64,000 bases of DNA from an uncultured delta proteobacterium (GTDB lineage: Bacteria; Desulfobacterota; Binatia; Binatales; Binataceae), in contig CAWEEQ010000001.1 of the NCBI GenBank assembly GCA_963808235.1, forward strand, positions 288,001 to 352,000, given 5' to 3'. A program made the position numbers and the translations under genes. Shown here one piece after another: positions 38,412 to 48,790 of the stretch (the first letter of the stretch is position 1; each line of letters begins with the position of its first letter). The notes beneath the pieces are model-generated. The model searched no databases and had not been told where the DNA came from. It saw nothing but the letters and a program-made list of their open reading frames with translations.

Positions 38412-41333
38412 ATGTTCAGACGAAACCTATTCGTCGTCGTAGTGTTGCTCGGTCTGATTCTTTCGGCAGCATTCACATCGTGGACTCAGGATACTTCTGG
38501 CGCGGGTGATAGCTCGCTGGCGGCGGCCGTAAGGAGCTTTCCGCCCGATTTCACGAAGTATGCGCGCCCGGCAATCCCGGGCGACATAATGTCAAAAGTC
38601 AAAGGCAGTTCGGCGCCGGGTTTTTTTATAGTCGACGTCCCCAACTCCTCTGGCGGCGAACCCGACCTCGCGATCAATCCACTGAACCTCAATCAGATCG
38701 TGGTTCATGCCGGATTCGGTGGATGGAATGGAAACGCTCCCAATGAAGTTTCCAACGACGGCGGCCTGACCTGGACGCAGGTGTTCCAGGTTCCGCCTCC
38801 ACCGGGTGCGCCCAACACCGTCGGCTGTCCATGCGACATCACGCATGACTATGGAATAGACGGCAACGTGTACGGGGCGTACCTGACCGGCGGAAGCGGG
38901 TCTCCCCCGGTTGACATCTTCTCGGCATCGAACACCAACCCGATTTTGGGCGGTATCTTCAATTACTTCCTGGTCGGCCCCAACGCACAGCTGACCGACT
39001 TCGGCAGCTCGCTCGGGAACTCCGATCAGCCATGGCTGCTGACCAACCGCGACCCTGTGACTGCAACCCAGAACAACGTCTACGTGATGTACAGTGACTT
39101 CTTCGACGGAGGCACAGTCAACGAGAGGGTTTCGGCGGCACTTGGCACGCAGCCGCCAAATTTCACGACCGACAATCTCGCAGGGGTCTCCACGGGCGGC
39201 GGTATCGACCCCGGCCCTCGGCTGGCAACCGATCCCCGCACCGGTATCATATACAGCCTCTACCAAATCTGTACCTCCAACTGCGGGTCGAGTCCCAAGA
39301 CGATCGGGTACAAACTCAATCGCTCGACCGACGCGGGCACTACCTGGACCCTCAATGGTTCTTCTACCGGCCTCCAGGTTGCGTCGGGTGTCACGGTTCA
39401 GCCGACGCCCAAGTTCGGTACCGTCAATGCGCTTCTGGGCGGTATCGATCATGCGGCGGTCGATCCAACCACCGGCAACGTGTTCGTGGTGTACGGAGGC
39501 TCTAATGGAGCCGGGGGCAACGCGATTTTCATCGTAGAGATCACGTTCGACGGCTCGACTCCCTCAAACGCCATCATCGGAACACCTCACCAGGTCTCGG
39601 TGCCCGGTGTGGGTAGTGCGCCATCAGCGGCACTCCCCTCAGTCGCAGTCGCGGCCAACGGGACCGTCGGCGTTCTCTACACCTCATTTGACGGATTCTC
39701 GGTCGACAGCTTTCCGATCTTTACGGCACATTTCGCATCCAGCACCGACCAAGGCGCGACTTTTACCGACCAGACACTGCTGACCTTCCTGTCGCCGGTG
39801 GTTTCCGATGACCCACCACTTAACAACGACCGGCAGCGAGTGCTGGGCGACTACCAGCAGTTGAAGGTGGTAAACGACCTTCCGCCGTCCACTGCCGGGT
39901 CCACTTTCTACGGCGTCTTCACCGGCAACAACGCGGCCCTGGGCGGACCCACGGCCAACGACGATGCGATTTTCTTCAAGGTGACGCTGGCACCGCAGAT
40001 CAACCTCGGCCAGAGCACGCTTGCTATCGGTAACGTCTGCAAGGGCTCAACCGGCACCGCTCAGCTCGAGGTGTCGGACACCGGCGCGGATAACCTGCTC
40101 ATCAGCAGTATCACGCAGACGTCGGGCAGCACGGACATTTCGCTGGAGCCGGGTCCGACCTTCCCGGTGAATATCAGTCCGGATGCCAATTTCAACTTCA
40201 CCTTCGCCTGTACGCCGACCACGTTCCTGCCCAAGACGGCGACGTTTGCGATCGCGAGCAACGATCCTGCGAGTCCTTCTACGCCGGTCACCGTGACCTG
40301 CACGACTGGGTCGGGAACGGCAGTGGTCACCGGTACCGGCAATTTCGGGACCTCGGTATGCGGTGGAACCACGCCGGCGCAGACAATCACTGTGGACAAC
40401 GTCGGCACGTGCAACCTGAACCTGCTCAGCGCGGTCATTTCGTGCACTGATTTCACGTTGGTCAATCCACCGACGTTTCCGGTGCCAATCAGCCCCGACT
40501 CGGGTTTTGGGCTGACTGTTCAATTCACCCCGACTTCGGCGGGACCGAAATCATGCAACTTGACGATCACGACCGACGACCCGAACAATCCCACGATCGT
40601 TGTTCCGCTTACCGGGAACACACCGACGGGGACCGCGTCGCTGACCTTCCCGGCCGGCCTCACGTTACCACCGACGGTGATCCAGCCGCGGCAAACATGT
40701 TCTTCGCAGTTGGGCGTTCCGATCGCCAATTCGGGCACCTGTCCGGTGCAGATCACCGCCGTCGGGCTCACCCAGGTTAGCTCACCACCGGACTATTCGT
40801 TGACTGGACTTCCCGGATTGCCGGTGACGATTCCGGCGGGTGGTCAACTTGGCTCGGGAGACCTGGACCTTCTTTTCGCGCCGAATACGGTAGCCCGCAC
40901 CAGCACGGGAACGGTGGATGTGACGTTCGTTAATGACCCGATCACCATGACTACGACCACCAGCCACGTGCCGTTCTGCGGAGAGGCAGTCCATCGCGGC
41001 GTCCGAGTGCTGGTCACGCAAGGAGGAGTACCGGTGTCGACGGTGAAGAGAATCGCGCTACAGAGAGCGGTTTCACCGGAACAGCCGCTCGAACCCACGA
41101 ATATCAAGATCGTGCAACACGCGAGCCTGCAGACGGTAACCGGAACGGCGCCGTGCCCGACCTTCTCGTTCCACGCGGAATTTGGCGGCGCAAGTGACCC
41201 GTTCCAGCTCAAGGACGGCACCTACCGGATCAGGGCGTCGATCGTGTCCGGCGGCAAGACGATCCACCATACCGTGAGGTTCATCGAAGACGACTGCACC
41301 TTCAATGCGACGATCGTAGTGGCGTTCCCGTAG
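38412..41333 (+). CDS. Secreted Asp-box beta-propeller (sialidase-like) + choice-of-anchor D/ASH Ig-like domains
   Basis: Signal peptide; Asp-boxes SNDGGLTW, STDAGTTW and STDQGATF; LGDY; three ASH-type repeats (N.G...L.I ... F.P ... [ST]NDP). Confidence 0.82.
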   Translation: MFRRNLFVVVVLLGLILSAAFTSWTQDTSGAGDSSLAAAVRSFPPDFTKYARPAIPGDIMSKVKGSSAPGFFIVDVPNSSGGEPDLAINPLNLNQIVVHAGFGGWNGNAPNEVSNDGGLTWTQVFQVPPPPGAPNTVGCPCDITHDYGIDGNVYGAYLTGGSGSPPVDIFSASNTNPILGGIFNYFLVGPNAQLTDFGSSLGNSDQPWLLTNRDPVTATQNNVYVMYSDFFDGGTVNERVSAALGTQPPNFTTDNLAGVSTGGGIDPGPRLATDPRTGIIYSLYQICTSNCGSSPKTIGYKLNRSTDAGTTWTLNGSSTGLQVASGVTVQPTPKFGTVNALLGGIDHAAVDPTTGNVFVVYGGSNGAGGNAIFIVEITFDGSTPSNAIIGTPHQVSVPGVGSAPSAALPSVAVAANGTVGVLYTSFDGFSVDSFPIFTAHFASSTDQGATFTDQTLLTFLSPVVSDDPPLNNDRQRVLGDYQQLKVVNDLPPSTAGSTFYGVFTGNNAALGGPTANDDAIFFKVTLAPQINLGQSTLAIGNVCKGSTGTAQLEVSDTGADNLLISSITQTSGSTDISLEPGPTFPVNISPDANFNFTFACTPTTFLPKTATFAIASNDPASPSTPVTVTCTTGSGTAVVTGTGNFGTSVCGGTTPAQTITVDNVGTCNLNLLSAVISCTDFTLVNPPTFPVPISPDSGFGLTVQFTPTSAGPKSCNLTITTDDPNNPTIVVPLTGNTPTGTASLTFPAGLTLPPTVIQPRQTCSSQLGVPIANSGTCPVQITAVGLTQVSSPPDYSLTGLPGLPVTIPAGGQLGSGDLDLLFAPNTVARTSTGTVDVTFVNDPITMTTTTSHVPFCGEAVHRGVRVLVTQGGVPVSTVKRIALQRAVSPEQPLEPTNIKIVQHASLQTVTGTAPCPTFSFHAEFGGASDPFQLKDGTYRIRASIVSGGKTIHHTVRFIEDDCTFNATIVVAFP

Positions 41334-41344
41334 TGTAAGTGACC

Positions 41345-41376
41345 TGGCGGCCGCGAGTCCTGTCTCGCGGCCGCCA
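41345..41376 (+). terminator. GC-rich 13-bp hairpin after the large secreted protein
   Basis: TGGCGGCCGCGAG-6nt-CTCGCGGCCGCCA. Confidence 0.6.
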
Positions 41377-41529
41377 CGAATCTTCGTCCCGACAACCCCA
41401 TAATCTTTTTCCAGGATCGCCGCGCGATAGTCGCGACGAGTCTCTCCTATGTCCGACGGGCGTGGGCGCGCGGATGCTTACTCTCGAATTCCGGTAGTAT
41501 AGAATCCCTGAAGATCGAGGTGGCGGGAA

Positions 41530-42573
41530 TTGAGAACCGGGATCATCGGTGCGCGAGGCGCCGGCAAATCGACTGTCTTTCACGCGCTGACCGGACTTGG
41601 ACCGATCCCAGGCACGGCCGAGGGCAAAAATCGCGCGCGTCCCGGGCAGATCAAGGTCGCCGATCCGCGCCTGGACTTTCTGGAATCGGCGTACGGATCG
41701 AAAAAGAAGATCCCGGTCGAACTCACGATCATCGATTTCGCGCCCAATCCGAAAGAACAGAAGGAGGGCGCCGCGCTCGATGCGAGCCTGCTGCCGCTGG
41801 TTCGCGACATGGACGCGCTGCTGATCGTGATCCCGCAGTTTGCGGCGATGGAAAAAGACCTGGTCGCGACGCTCGAAAGTATCGAGGGCGAGCTCGTGTT
41901 CGCGGACTTCGATCAGGCCGAGCGGCGGCTTGAGCGCCTCAAGAAGGAGAAGGGCAGCGATTTCGAGCGCGCGGCGCTGGAGAAAGTGATCGCATGGCTT
42001 GGCGACGGCAAGCCGCTCAGGTTGTTCGAACTGACCGCGCAGGAGACGCAGGCATTTTCGAGTTTCGGGTTTTTGTCGCGAAAGCCCGCGCTGGTCACGG
42101 TCAATTGCGAGATGGATCGCGCCTCTGCCGAGGTAACTACTGTGGAACGCGATGCCGTACATGCCCATGGACTCGAGGTATTCAGGCTTGCCGCCGCGTT
42201 CGAGTCGGAGTTGTGGGAACTCGACGAGAGCGGGCGAGGGGAGATGCTCAAAGACGCGGGACTCGAAGCGCCCGCGCGCGATCGGTTGATTGGCGCACTC
42301 CACCAGCACTTGGGACTCATCACCTTTTACACCGCCGGAGAGCCCGAGGCGCACGCATGGTCGCTAAGACGCGGAGAATCGGTGCTGGAGGCCGCCGCGG
42401 TCATTCACAGCGATATAGCGCGCGGATTTATCCGCGCCGAGGTTGTGAGCTACGAGGATTTTGCGACCCACAAATCCGACGCCAAAGTGAAAGAGGCCGG
42501 TAAGCTCAGGCTCGAAGGCCGCGACTACGTGATGCGCGACGGCGACATGATCCACGTCCGCTTCAAAGTCTGA
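41530..42573 (+). CDS. ychF: YchF-like ATPase (DUF933/TGS C-terminus), divergent
   Basis: GARGAGKST P-loop, KVADPRLD, LITFYTAG, IHSDIARGFIRAEV, EGRDYVMRDGDMIHVRF. Confidence 0.8.
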   Translation: MRTGIIGARGAGKSTVFHALTGLGPIPGTAEGKNRARPGQIKVADPRLDFLESAYGSKKKIPVELTIIDFAPNPKEQKEGAALDASLLPLVRDMDALLIVIPQFAAMEKDLVATLESIEGELVFADFDQAERRLERLKKEKGSDFERAALEKVIAWLGDGKPLRLFELTAQETQAFSSFGFLSRKPALVTVNCEMDRASAEVTTVERDAVHAHGLEVFRLAAAFESELWELDESGRGEMLKDAGLEAPARDRLIGALHQHLGLITFYTAGEPEAHAWSLRRGESVLEAAAVIHSDIARGFIRAEVVSYEDFATHKSDAKVKEAGKLRLEGRDYVMRDGDMIHVRFKV

Positions 42574-42578
42574 CGCGG

Positions 42579-43715
42579 CTACGCGCGGATGCGCCCGAAG
42601 AAGCGGAGCGCGTTGTCGGCGAGGATTGCACGCTTTTCTTCGGCTGCGAGGCGCGGATTGTTGACCACGAGTTCGGCGGCGTCGGGGAACTCCGCGTCGA
42701 AGTGCGGATAGTCAGACGCCCACATCAGCCGAGACGCGCCTATGAGATGCATCGCCTCGGGCAGCATCGCTTCGTCGGGATCGAAGGTGTAAAAGCATCG
42801 CTCGCCACGCATGTGCTCGGACGGTTTGCGCGTGAGATGCGGCGTGTGCCGCGCGAAATGTTTGTAGTGACCGTCCATCCGTTCCGCCCACCACGGAACC
42901 CATGAAATTCCGCCCTCGAAGAATCCCAAGGTGAGTTTCGGATAGCGCTCGAACAGCCCGCCGCCAACCACCGCGGCCATCGCGCGCATCTGATGCCACA
43001 CATGGCCGGTCAGATGCATCATGAACATGTTGTTGCCCACGTCCTCGCGGCCCGGCGCGAACGGGGGCCGGTCGGTGCCGCCGTGAAAACAGATCGGCAA
43101 CGCCGCGTCCTGGGCGATTTTATAGAAAGGATCGAAGTAAGGATGATCGGGGAGCATCCCGTCGAGATTGCCGAAGGTCATGATGCCGACTGCCCACGGC
43201 TCGCTCTCGAGGTACGCGACCTCGGCGACGCATCGTTCCATATCGCGCTGCGGAACAATTCCGACCGCTTTGATTCGCGCCGGGAACGCGCCGCAATACT
43301 CGCCCACCCATCGGTTGTATGCGCGCGCCAGTGCCGCCTCCATGTGAGGATCGGCCGCTCCGCAAACCGAAGTTGCGACGGTCGCGAAGCAGACCGCAAC
43401 GTCGATACCTTCCTTGTCCATGTCGTGAATTCGCTCCGCGGGATCATAGCCGCCGGCCGGTGACGCGAGCGGATGGTTGCGGCCCGAGGGGAATTTGCCG
43501 AGGCCAGGAATTTCGTCCGCCTCGCCAAGCGGTCTCTCCGCCGAGCGCCACTTCGGATACAGCGCCGGCACGATGCCGAGATTACCGGCACCCAGCCGCG
43601 ACAGCAGGTCGTCCGACCCGGCGCGAAACTTGGGATCGATATGCGTGTTGTAGAGCGTCGCGGGCTCGGTGACGTGCCCGTCCGCGTCGACGATCTTGAA
43701 TCCTGCAAGCGCCAT
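42579..43715 (-). CDS. Amidohydrolase family 2 protein
   Basis: IVDADGHV, DMDKEGID, FHGG, FEGG, WASDYPH, ILADNA. Confidence 0.9.
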   Translation of the reverse strand: MALAGFKIVDADGHVTEPATLYNTHIDPKFRAGSDDLLSRLGAGNLGIVPALYPKWRSAERPLGEADEIPGLGKFPSGRNHPLASPAGGYDPAERIHDMDKEGIDVAVCFATVATSVCGAADPHMEAALARAYNRWVGEYCGAFPARIKAVGIVPQRDMERCVAEVAYLESEPWAVGIMTFGNLDGMLPDHPYFDPFYKIAQDAALPICFHGGTDRPPFAPGREDVGNNMFMMHLTGHVWHQMRAMAAVVGGGLFERYPKLTLGFFEGGISWVPWWAERMDGHYKHFARHTPHLTRKPSEHMRGERCFYTFDPDEAMLPEAMHLIGASRLMWASDYPHFDAEFPDAAELVVNNPRLAAEEKRAILADNALRFFGRIRA

Positions 43716-43891
43716 GGCTGAGTTGCGCCGATTGTGGTCGCTACCACGCGCCGCTGTCAACGCGGTCGCCGGCTTGAACTCCTCCTTTGACTCTTTGTCA
43801 GGTGGTAAAATGTGCGGGTTGCGCAGGTCGAGGTTCGCTGAAACAATGCATCGGAACGCGCCGGTCCCCTGGCTGGCGACTACCCACCCGA

Positions 43892-44944
43892 ATGCGCCGC
43901 GTCGAGACATTCCTGATCGCAATTGCGATCGCCTTTTACGTCTGGTTCCTTGCTCACTACGGTCTCGGACAGGTGCTCGGTTACGTTCGTCTGGTCGGGT
44001 GGGGTCTCGCATTGACGATTGCCCTCGAGTCGCTATCGCGCATCGCAAACACGCTTGGCTGGCGCGTCACGATCGAGCACTGTCCGCCCAGGCTCGGATT
44101 TTTCGAGCTGTTCGCGGTGCGAATCGGCGGCGAAGCCGTGGATTACGTGACGCCGTCGGCGCAGCTGGGCGGGCAGTTCGTGATGGCGGTCGAGGTGCGC
44201 GACAAACTGCCGATGCCGACCGGGCTTGCGACCGTTATCGTCGCGTCGCTGGCTGAAGCAGTTGGACAAATCGCATTCATTTCGATCGCGCTGGTTATTT
44301 CGCTCCGCCTTATACCTATCGCCGCCGATCTTTACTGGTCGATCGTAGGCGGCTTCGCATTGGCAGTCGCGCTGGCGGGCGGCTTTTTCTTTGTCCAGAT
44401 GAAGCGGCCGTTCTCGCATCTGTGGCGTGTAGCCGCGAAGCTCGATCTCGGACGAATCAACACCGATGAAATTCGGGCCTCCGCCGACGAGGCCGACGCG
44501 ATACTGATCGACTTCTACGCGCGCCATCGCGCACGGCTTCTGGTCTCGTTCCTGTGCTACGCGGCGGCGTGGAGCTTCGGGCCGCTCGAAATCTATATCC
44601 TGCTCCGCCTGCTGCATCAGCCGGCCACGTTCCAGGTGGCGTTGCTGGTCGAGGCGGTCGGATTGCTGATCGAGCGCGCGACGTTTCTGATCCCGGCCAA
44701 GCTGGTCAGCCAGGAAGGCGGCAAGGCGCTGATTCTCGGGATGCTCGGTTATCCGGCGGGAATTGGCTTCGCAGTCGGGTTTCTCCGCCGAATCAAGGAA
44801 ATGGTATGGGTGTTGTTCGGGCTGCTCAGCCTGATGATCCATAGGACGATCACACGGTCGGAGCGGCGCGGGGTTGGCGCCGGCGCAAAATCGCCGGACT
44901 CAGTTTTGAAAATGCAACGAGTACAAGGAGAGCAATCGCTATGA
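43892..44944 (+). CDS. Lysylphosphatidylglycerol-synthase TM / flippase-like membrane protein
   Basis: Multi-TM; GEAVDYVTPSAQLGG, IPAKLVSQEGG and FLRRIKE resemble LPG_synthase_TM. Confidence 0.75.
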   Translation: MRRVETFLIAIAIAFYVWFLAHYGLGQVLGYVRLVGWGLALTIALESLSRIANTLGWRVTIEHCPPRLGFFELFAVRIGGEAVDYVTPSAQLGGQFVMAVEVRDKLPMPTGLATVIVASLAEAVGQIAFISIALVISLRLIPIAADLYWSIVGGFALAVALAGGFFFVQMKRPFSHLWRVAAKLDLGRINTDEIRASADEADAILIDFYARHRARLLVSFLCYAAAWSFGPLEIYILLRLLHQPATFQVALLVEAVGLLIERATFLIPAKLVSQEGGKALILGMLGYPAGIGFAVGFLRRIKEMVWVLFGLLSLMIHRTITRSERRGVGAGAKSPDSVLKMQRVQGEQSL

Positions 44945-45801
44945 GGAAACTAACCGCCCTGTTTGCCGGGATGACGCTCGCGTTAGGCGCACTTCCCGCC
45001 GCTGCCGGGGTAGTGATCACGCAGAAGCAGCACGTGACCAACGGGCAGAACTCGCGTGACTCGAAGCAGGTAATTTCGGTACAAGGCAACAAGCAGAAGG
45101 TGGTGGCTTATGACATCGCCAACGCGACGGACGTTGAGCGCCACGCGATCATCACCGACCTCGATAAGGGGATGATCTACATCATCGATCCGATTCAGAA
45201 GACCTACTTCGAGATGGAATTTCCCCCCAAGGGAGAGGCTGAGCGCAAGATGATGGCAACGAACGCCAAGGCGCAGATGAACTTCAAGAAGGCCGGTACT
45301 TCGCGCGAGATCGCAGGCTACAAGTGCAATGACTATGACGGCGGCGGGCACATCATGGCCGGCGATTATACCGTCAAGGAATGCTTCTCGAAGGACGCGC
45401 CCGGCGCCAAAGAATTTTCAGCTTTCGAACGGAAGATGGCGGCCAAGCTGGCGGCCGAATCCGGCGGCGGCGAAGTCCCGGAGGGAGTGCCGCTAGCGCT
45501 GGATGCGTCGACGAAGATGGGCAATGTTTCGATTCCCGGGATGGCGCCTGACCAGGCCGCCAAGATCAACCAGATGATGAAGAATCGGCCGCCTGTTCAG
45601 ACCAGCACGATCGTCCAGAAGATCGAAGTGGAGAACTTGGCGAGCGATCTGTTCACCGTCCCCGCCGGCTTCACCAAAAGAGAACTTCCTGCCGGACCCG
45701 GTGGTGGCATGGGATCGATACGGATGCCGCCAGGCGGAATCAAGCCGGGCGCGATGCCGGGGGCGATGCCGAGCGCAGCCGCCTCTCCAGCGGCGCAGTA
45801 A
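44941..45801 (+). CDS. DUF4412-like exported protein
   Basis: Signal peptide, IITDLDKG.IYIIDP..KTYFEM, G..REIAGYKC, GVPL, LFTVPAGF; ATGA overlap with the upstream gene. Confidence 0.8.
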   Translation: MRKLTALFAGMTLALGALPAAAGVVITQKQHVTNGQNSRDSKQVISVQGNKQKVVAYDIANATDVERHAIITDLDKGMIYIIDPIQKTYFEMEFPPKGEAERKMMATNAKAQMNFKKAGTSREIAGYKCNDYDGGGHIMAGDYTVKECFSKDAPGAKEFSAFERKMAAKLAAESGGGEVPEGVPLALDASTKMGNVSIPGMAPDQAAKINQMMKNRPPVQTSTIVQKIEVENLASDLFTVPAGFTKRELPAGPGGGMGSIRMPPGGIKPGAMPGAMPSAAASPAAQ

Positions 45802-45838
45802 GCCCGCGTAAAATCCGCGCACCAGCGCGAACCCGAGC

Positions 45839-45871
45839 AAAAAAGAGCGGGGTCCATCACGGACCCCGCTC
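45839..45871 (-). terminator. Intrinsic terminator between convergent genes
   Basis: GAGCGGGGTCC-5nt-GGACCCCGCTC preceded by A6 (U-tract on the minus strand). Confidence 0.75.
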
Positions 45872-45894
45872 GACGTTTCAGCGAATGCCAGTAA

Positions 45895-46542
45895 TTACAT
45901 CGTCGCCGTCGCGGCCGTTTCCTTCTTCGGCGCATTGAGCGCGGCGCATGAATCCCACAGCCACTTCGCCGTCGAGAGTTCATCTTCGGCGAACAGCCGC
46001 AGAGCCTCCTTGGTCGACAGGTCCTCTTTCAGCAACTCGGCGAACTCGCAAATCGGTCTAATCGCGTCTTCCGGCTTTCCGACTCGAGAGGTAAATCGGA
46101 GCAGCTTTTCATTGTCGGGAATCGACGGATTTCCGAAATAAGCGGTGGACTTCCGTCCTTCCTCGCTGCTCATCGCGCGGTGTTCCCCGCCAAGCTCTGA
46201 CAGGCGCTGTGCGAAGACGCGCGAATGGTAGGCCTCACGCTCTGCGATGATTCTAATCCCGGTGCGAATGCAATCGGTCTTGCAGACCTCGGCCCACGCC
46301 GTGAATGCCTCGCCGCCGCCGGCCTCGCCCACGCGAACTTTGTCGAGAAAGCTGATCACCGCTGCGCGCTCCGATTTGTAGGTGCGGCCGAATGCCTTGA
46401 AGCCGGCGCCACTGCCGTTGCCGTTGGCCGCATGAGGAGCGTCGGCCTCCATGCACGCCATCTCGCCTTCGAAGGTCTCTTTAGAAATGATTCCACTGCG
46501 ATAGGCTCGCAGCAGTTGCTTGAATTCAAAATCACGATTCAT
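45895..46542 (-). CDS. Ferritin-like four-helix protein with N-terminal SHOCT-like segment
   Basis: LLRAYRSGIISKETFE; E...EREAYH (ExxH) and AEDE helices; GGAGG RBS. Confidence 0.65.
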   Translation of the reverse strand: MNRDFEFKQLLRAYRSGIISKETFEGEMACMEADAPHAANGNGSGAGFKAFGRTYKSERAAVISFLDKVRVGEAGGGEAFTAWAEVCKTDCIRTGIRIIAEREAYHSRVFAQRLSELGGEHRAMSSEEGRKSTAYFGNPSIPDNEKLLRFTSRVGKPEDAIRPICEFAELLKEDLSTKEALRLFAEDELSTAKWLWDSCAALNAPKKETAATATM

Positions 46543-46580
46543 AGGCGTTCCTCCACCTCTTTGTAAAAGGAGCTTTCTAT

Positions 46581-46594
46581 TAAACGAGCGTTCA
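46581..46594. promoter_or_regulatory. TetR-type operator-like palindrome TAAACG-AG-CGTTCA
   Basis: One mismatch from TGAACGnnCGTTCA, in a divergent promoter region. Confidence 0.45.
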
Positions 46595-46754
46595 GTGATT
46601 CAGGTTTTTGAGCATAAAGCGGCCTTCGCTCAGTTGTCAATTGCACATTTCGTCCTGGAAACGCACTGGCATCGCGGAGCTTATTACCGGATGATTCGCG
46701 AAGCGCAGGCTCCCTTAAATCGTCGGCGCGACATCCTGCCGAGGTGTACGCTCT

Positions 46755-47717
46755 ATGGCTGAGATCAAGCACAGTTTTATTAAAGCCAACGGGATCAAGA
46801 TGCACGTGGCGGAGAGCGGAGCGGGCTTTCCAGTCGTGCTATGCCATGGCTTTCCCGAGATGTGGTACTCGTGGCGTCATCAAATGAAGGCGCTCGCGGA
46901 GGCGGGCTTTCGTGCGATCGCGCCGGATCAGCGCGGATACGGGGAGACAGAATGCCCCGAGCCGATCGAAGCGTACACTCAGCGCAAGCTGGTGCGCGAT
47001 ATCGTCGGAATGCTCGACGCCCTAGGGATCGGCAGATGCGTGATCGTGGGTCACGACTGGGGCGGCATGGTCGCGTGGAATACCGCCTTGATGGCGCGCG
47101 ACAGCGTTGAGCGGGTGATTGGGGTCAACACGCCGTTCATGCCACGTTCGCCAATGAAGCCGACCGACGCGATGCGCGCGATGGCCGTCGGCGGGTTCCA
47201 CTATATTTTGTACTTTCAGACTCCAGGCGTTGCGGAGGCGGAACTCGAGCGCGATGTGGCACGCTCGCTGCGCGGCTTCTACCAGGATCCGCCCGAGGTC
47301 GATCCGACTGAGGTTCGCAAAGCTGCGCCCGGAGTGTTCGGAGAGGCCGGTGGCGGATTGCTCGACCGGCTTTCCGATCGGCCCCACGGCAAATTTCTCT
47401 CCGACGAAGACTTCGAAGTCTTCGTGCGCGCCTTCAAGAAGACGGGATTTCGCGGCGGACTAAACTGGTACCGATGCATCGATCGTAGCTGGGAGGAAAG
47501 CGCGGGTCAGACCGATCGCATCGAACAACCCGCGCTGATGATCACCGCGGAACGCGACGTTGTGCTCAGGCCCGAGATGGCCGCAGGGATGGAGACCTGG
47601 GTACCGAACTTGCGCAAGACCGTGCTGATCAAGGGCTCGGGGCATTGGACGCAGCAGGAGAAACCGGCGGAAGTGAATGCTGCGATCCTTGAATTTCTCG
47701 CCGACTTGAAGAAGTGA
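46755..47717 (+). CDS. Epoxide hydrolase-type alpha/beta hydrolase
   Basis: HGFPE, PDQRGYG, GHDWGG, GLNWYR, GHWTQQE. Confidence 0.92.
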   Translation: MAEIKHSFIKANGIKMHVAESGAGFPVVLCHGFPEMWYSWRHQMKALAEAGFRAIAPDQRGYGETECPEPIEAYTQRKLVRDIVGMLDALGIGRCVIVGHDWGGMVAWNTALMARDSVERVIGVNTPFMPRSPMKPTDAMRAMAVGGFHYILYFQTPGVAEAELERDVARSLRGFYQDPPEVDPTEVRKAAPGVFGEAGGGLLDRLSDRPHGKFLSDEDFEVFVRAFKKTGFRGGLNWYRCIDRSWEESAGQTDRIEQPALMITAERDVVLRPEMAAGMETWVPNLRKTVLIKGSGHWTQQEKPAEVNAAILEFLADLKK

Positions 47718-47718
47718 G

Positions 47719-48564
47719 CTAGTCGATCGGCGGCGGTGATACGCGCTGGCCATTTTTCAGGATCAGGTACTGGCGCTCGGGCGCGTCGCATAGCGCGCCG
47801 GTTTGTACGACTCGTGCACCGTCGGGCGCGTATTGGAGAATGTATGACTTCCGCACTCCAGTGGTGACATTCGGTCCAGTCCGATGCGGCATCAGCGAGG
47901 AAAAGACGACGATACTTCCCGCTCCGACTGGAACCGCGAGCGCGTCGGAGCCATCGTCCTCGCGGCATACATAACCAAGCTCGGAGGGGCGATGCGCCAT
48001 CGTTCCGCGCAAGTGGCCACCCGGAATTACCCACGGACATCCGTTGTCAACGGTCGCGTCGTTGAGGGCGAGCCAGCAGGTCAGGTAGGCCTGCGGTTCG
48101 ATGTAGGTATAGCCGTTGTCCTGATGCCACGGGAACGGTTTCGGATATTCGGGTTTCTTGTAAACCGCCTGGTCCCAGTAGAGACGCGCGTTTGGTCCGA
48201 TCAAATCTTGGCAGAGATCCTGAAAGACTCCGCTTGCGGAAAAATCGCGGATCAGCTTCGAGTGTTTGACCAGATGCACCGTGAAGCTGATTCCGTCCGC
48301 CTCCGCGATAAACATCCTGCGGTCAGGCCGTGAGCGCAGAAACTCTTCGGTTTTCGCCTCGAAGGGATCGATCGCGTTGCGGACCCGCTCGATAGTCGCG
48401 CGATCGAATGCGTCTTCGAGTACGAAAAAGCCGCGCTCGTTGAAAGATCGCGCCTGCTCGTCACTGATCAGACGAAACGGCCCTCGCACCGGCGTCCAAC
48501 TGAATCCATGATTCAGGGGATGCAGACCGGAGCCGGAATCACCTATCGATGGAAGTGTGCTCAT
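47719..48564 (-). CDS. Phytanoyl-CoA dioxygenase (PhyH) family Fe/2OG enzyme
   Basis: PWHQD, NGCPWVIPGGH, HRTGPN...RKS. Confidence 0.9.
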   Translation of the reverse strand: MSTLPSIGDSGSGLHPLNHGFSWTPVRGPFRLISDEQARSFNERGFFVLEDAFDRATIERVRNAIDPFEAKTEEFLRSRPDRRMFIAEADGISFTVHLVKHSKLIRDFSASGVFQDLCQDLIGPNARLYWDQAVYKKPEYPKPFPWHQDNGYTYIEPQAYLTCWLALNDATVDNGCPWVIPGGHLRGTMAHRPSELGYVCREDDGSDALAVPVGAGSIVVFSSLMPHRTGPNVTTGVRKSYILQYAPDGARVVQTGALCDAPERQYLILKNGQRVSPPPID

Positions 48565-48790
48565 AGCTCCGGAATTATTCCTCTGCCAGAGTGCGATTCG
48601 CAGCCAGCACGAAACCGGCCGCTCCCGTCAGATCACCCCGAGCCACACTCAAGGTACGCCCTTGCATCTTCGTCATGTCAAGAGCCCGATCTGCTCTGCG
48701 GTTGACAGGAACTCTCGCGTTGGGTTCGTATACTGCGTCGATGTTCCAACGAGGCTGCACGATCGGCCGCGCCAGCGGTGCGGCGGGAGA

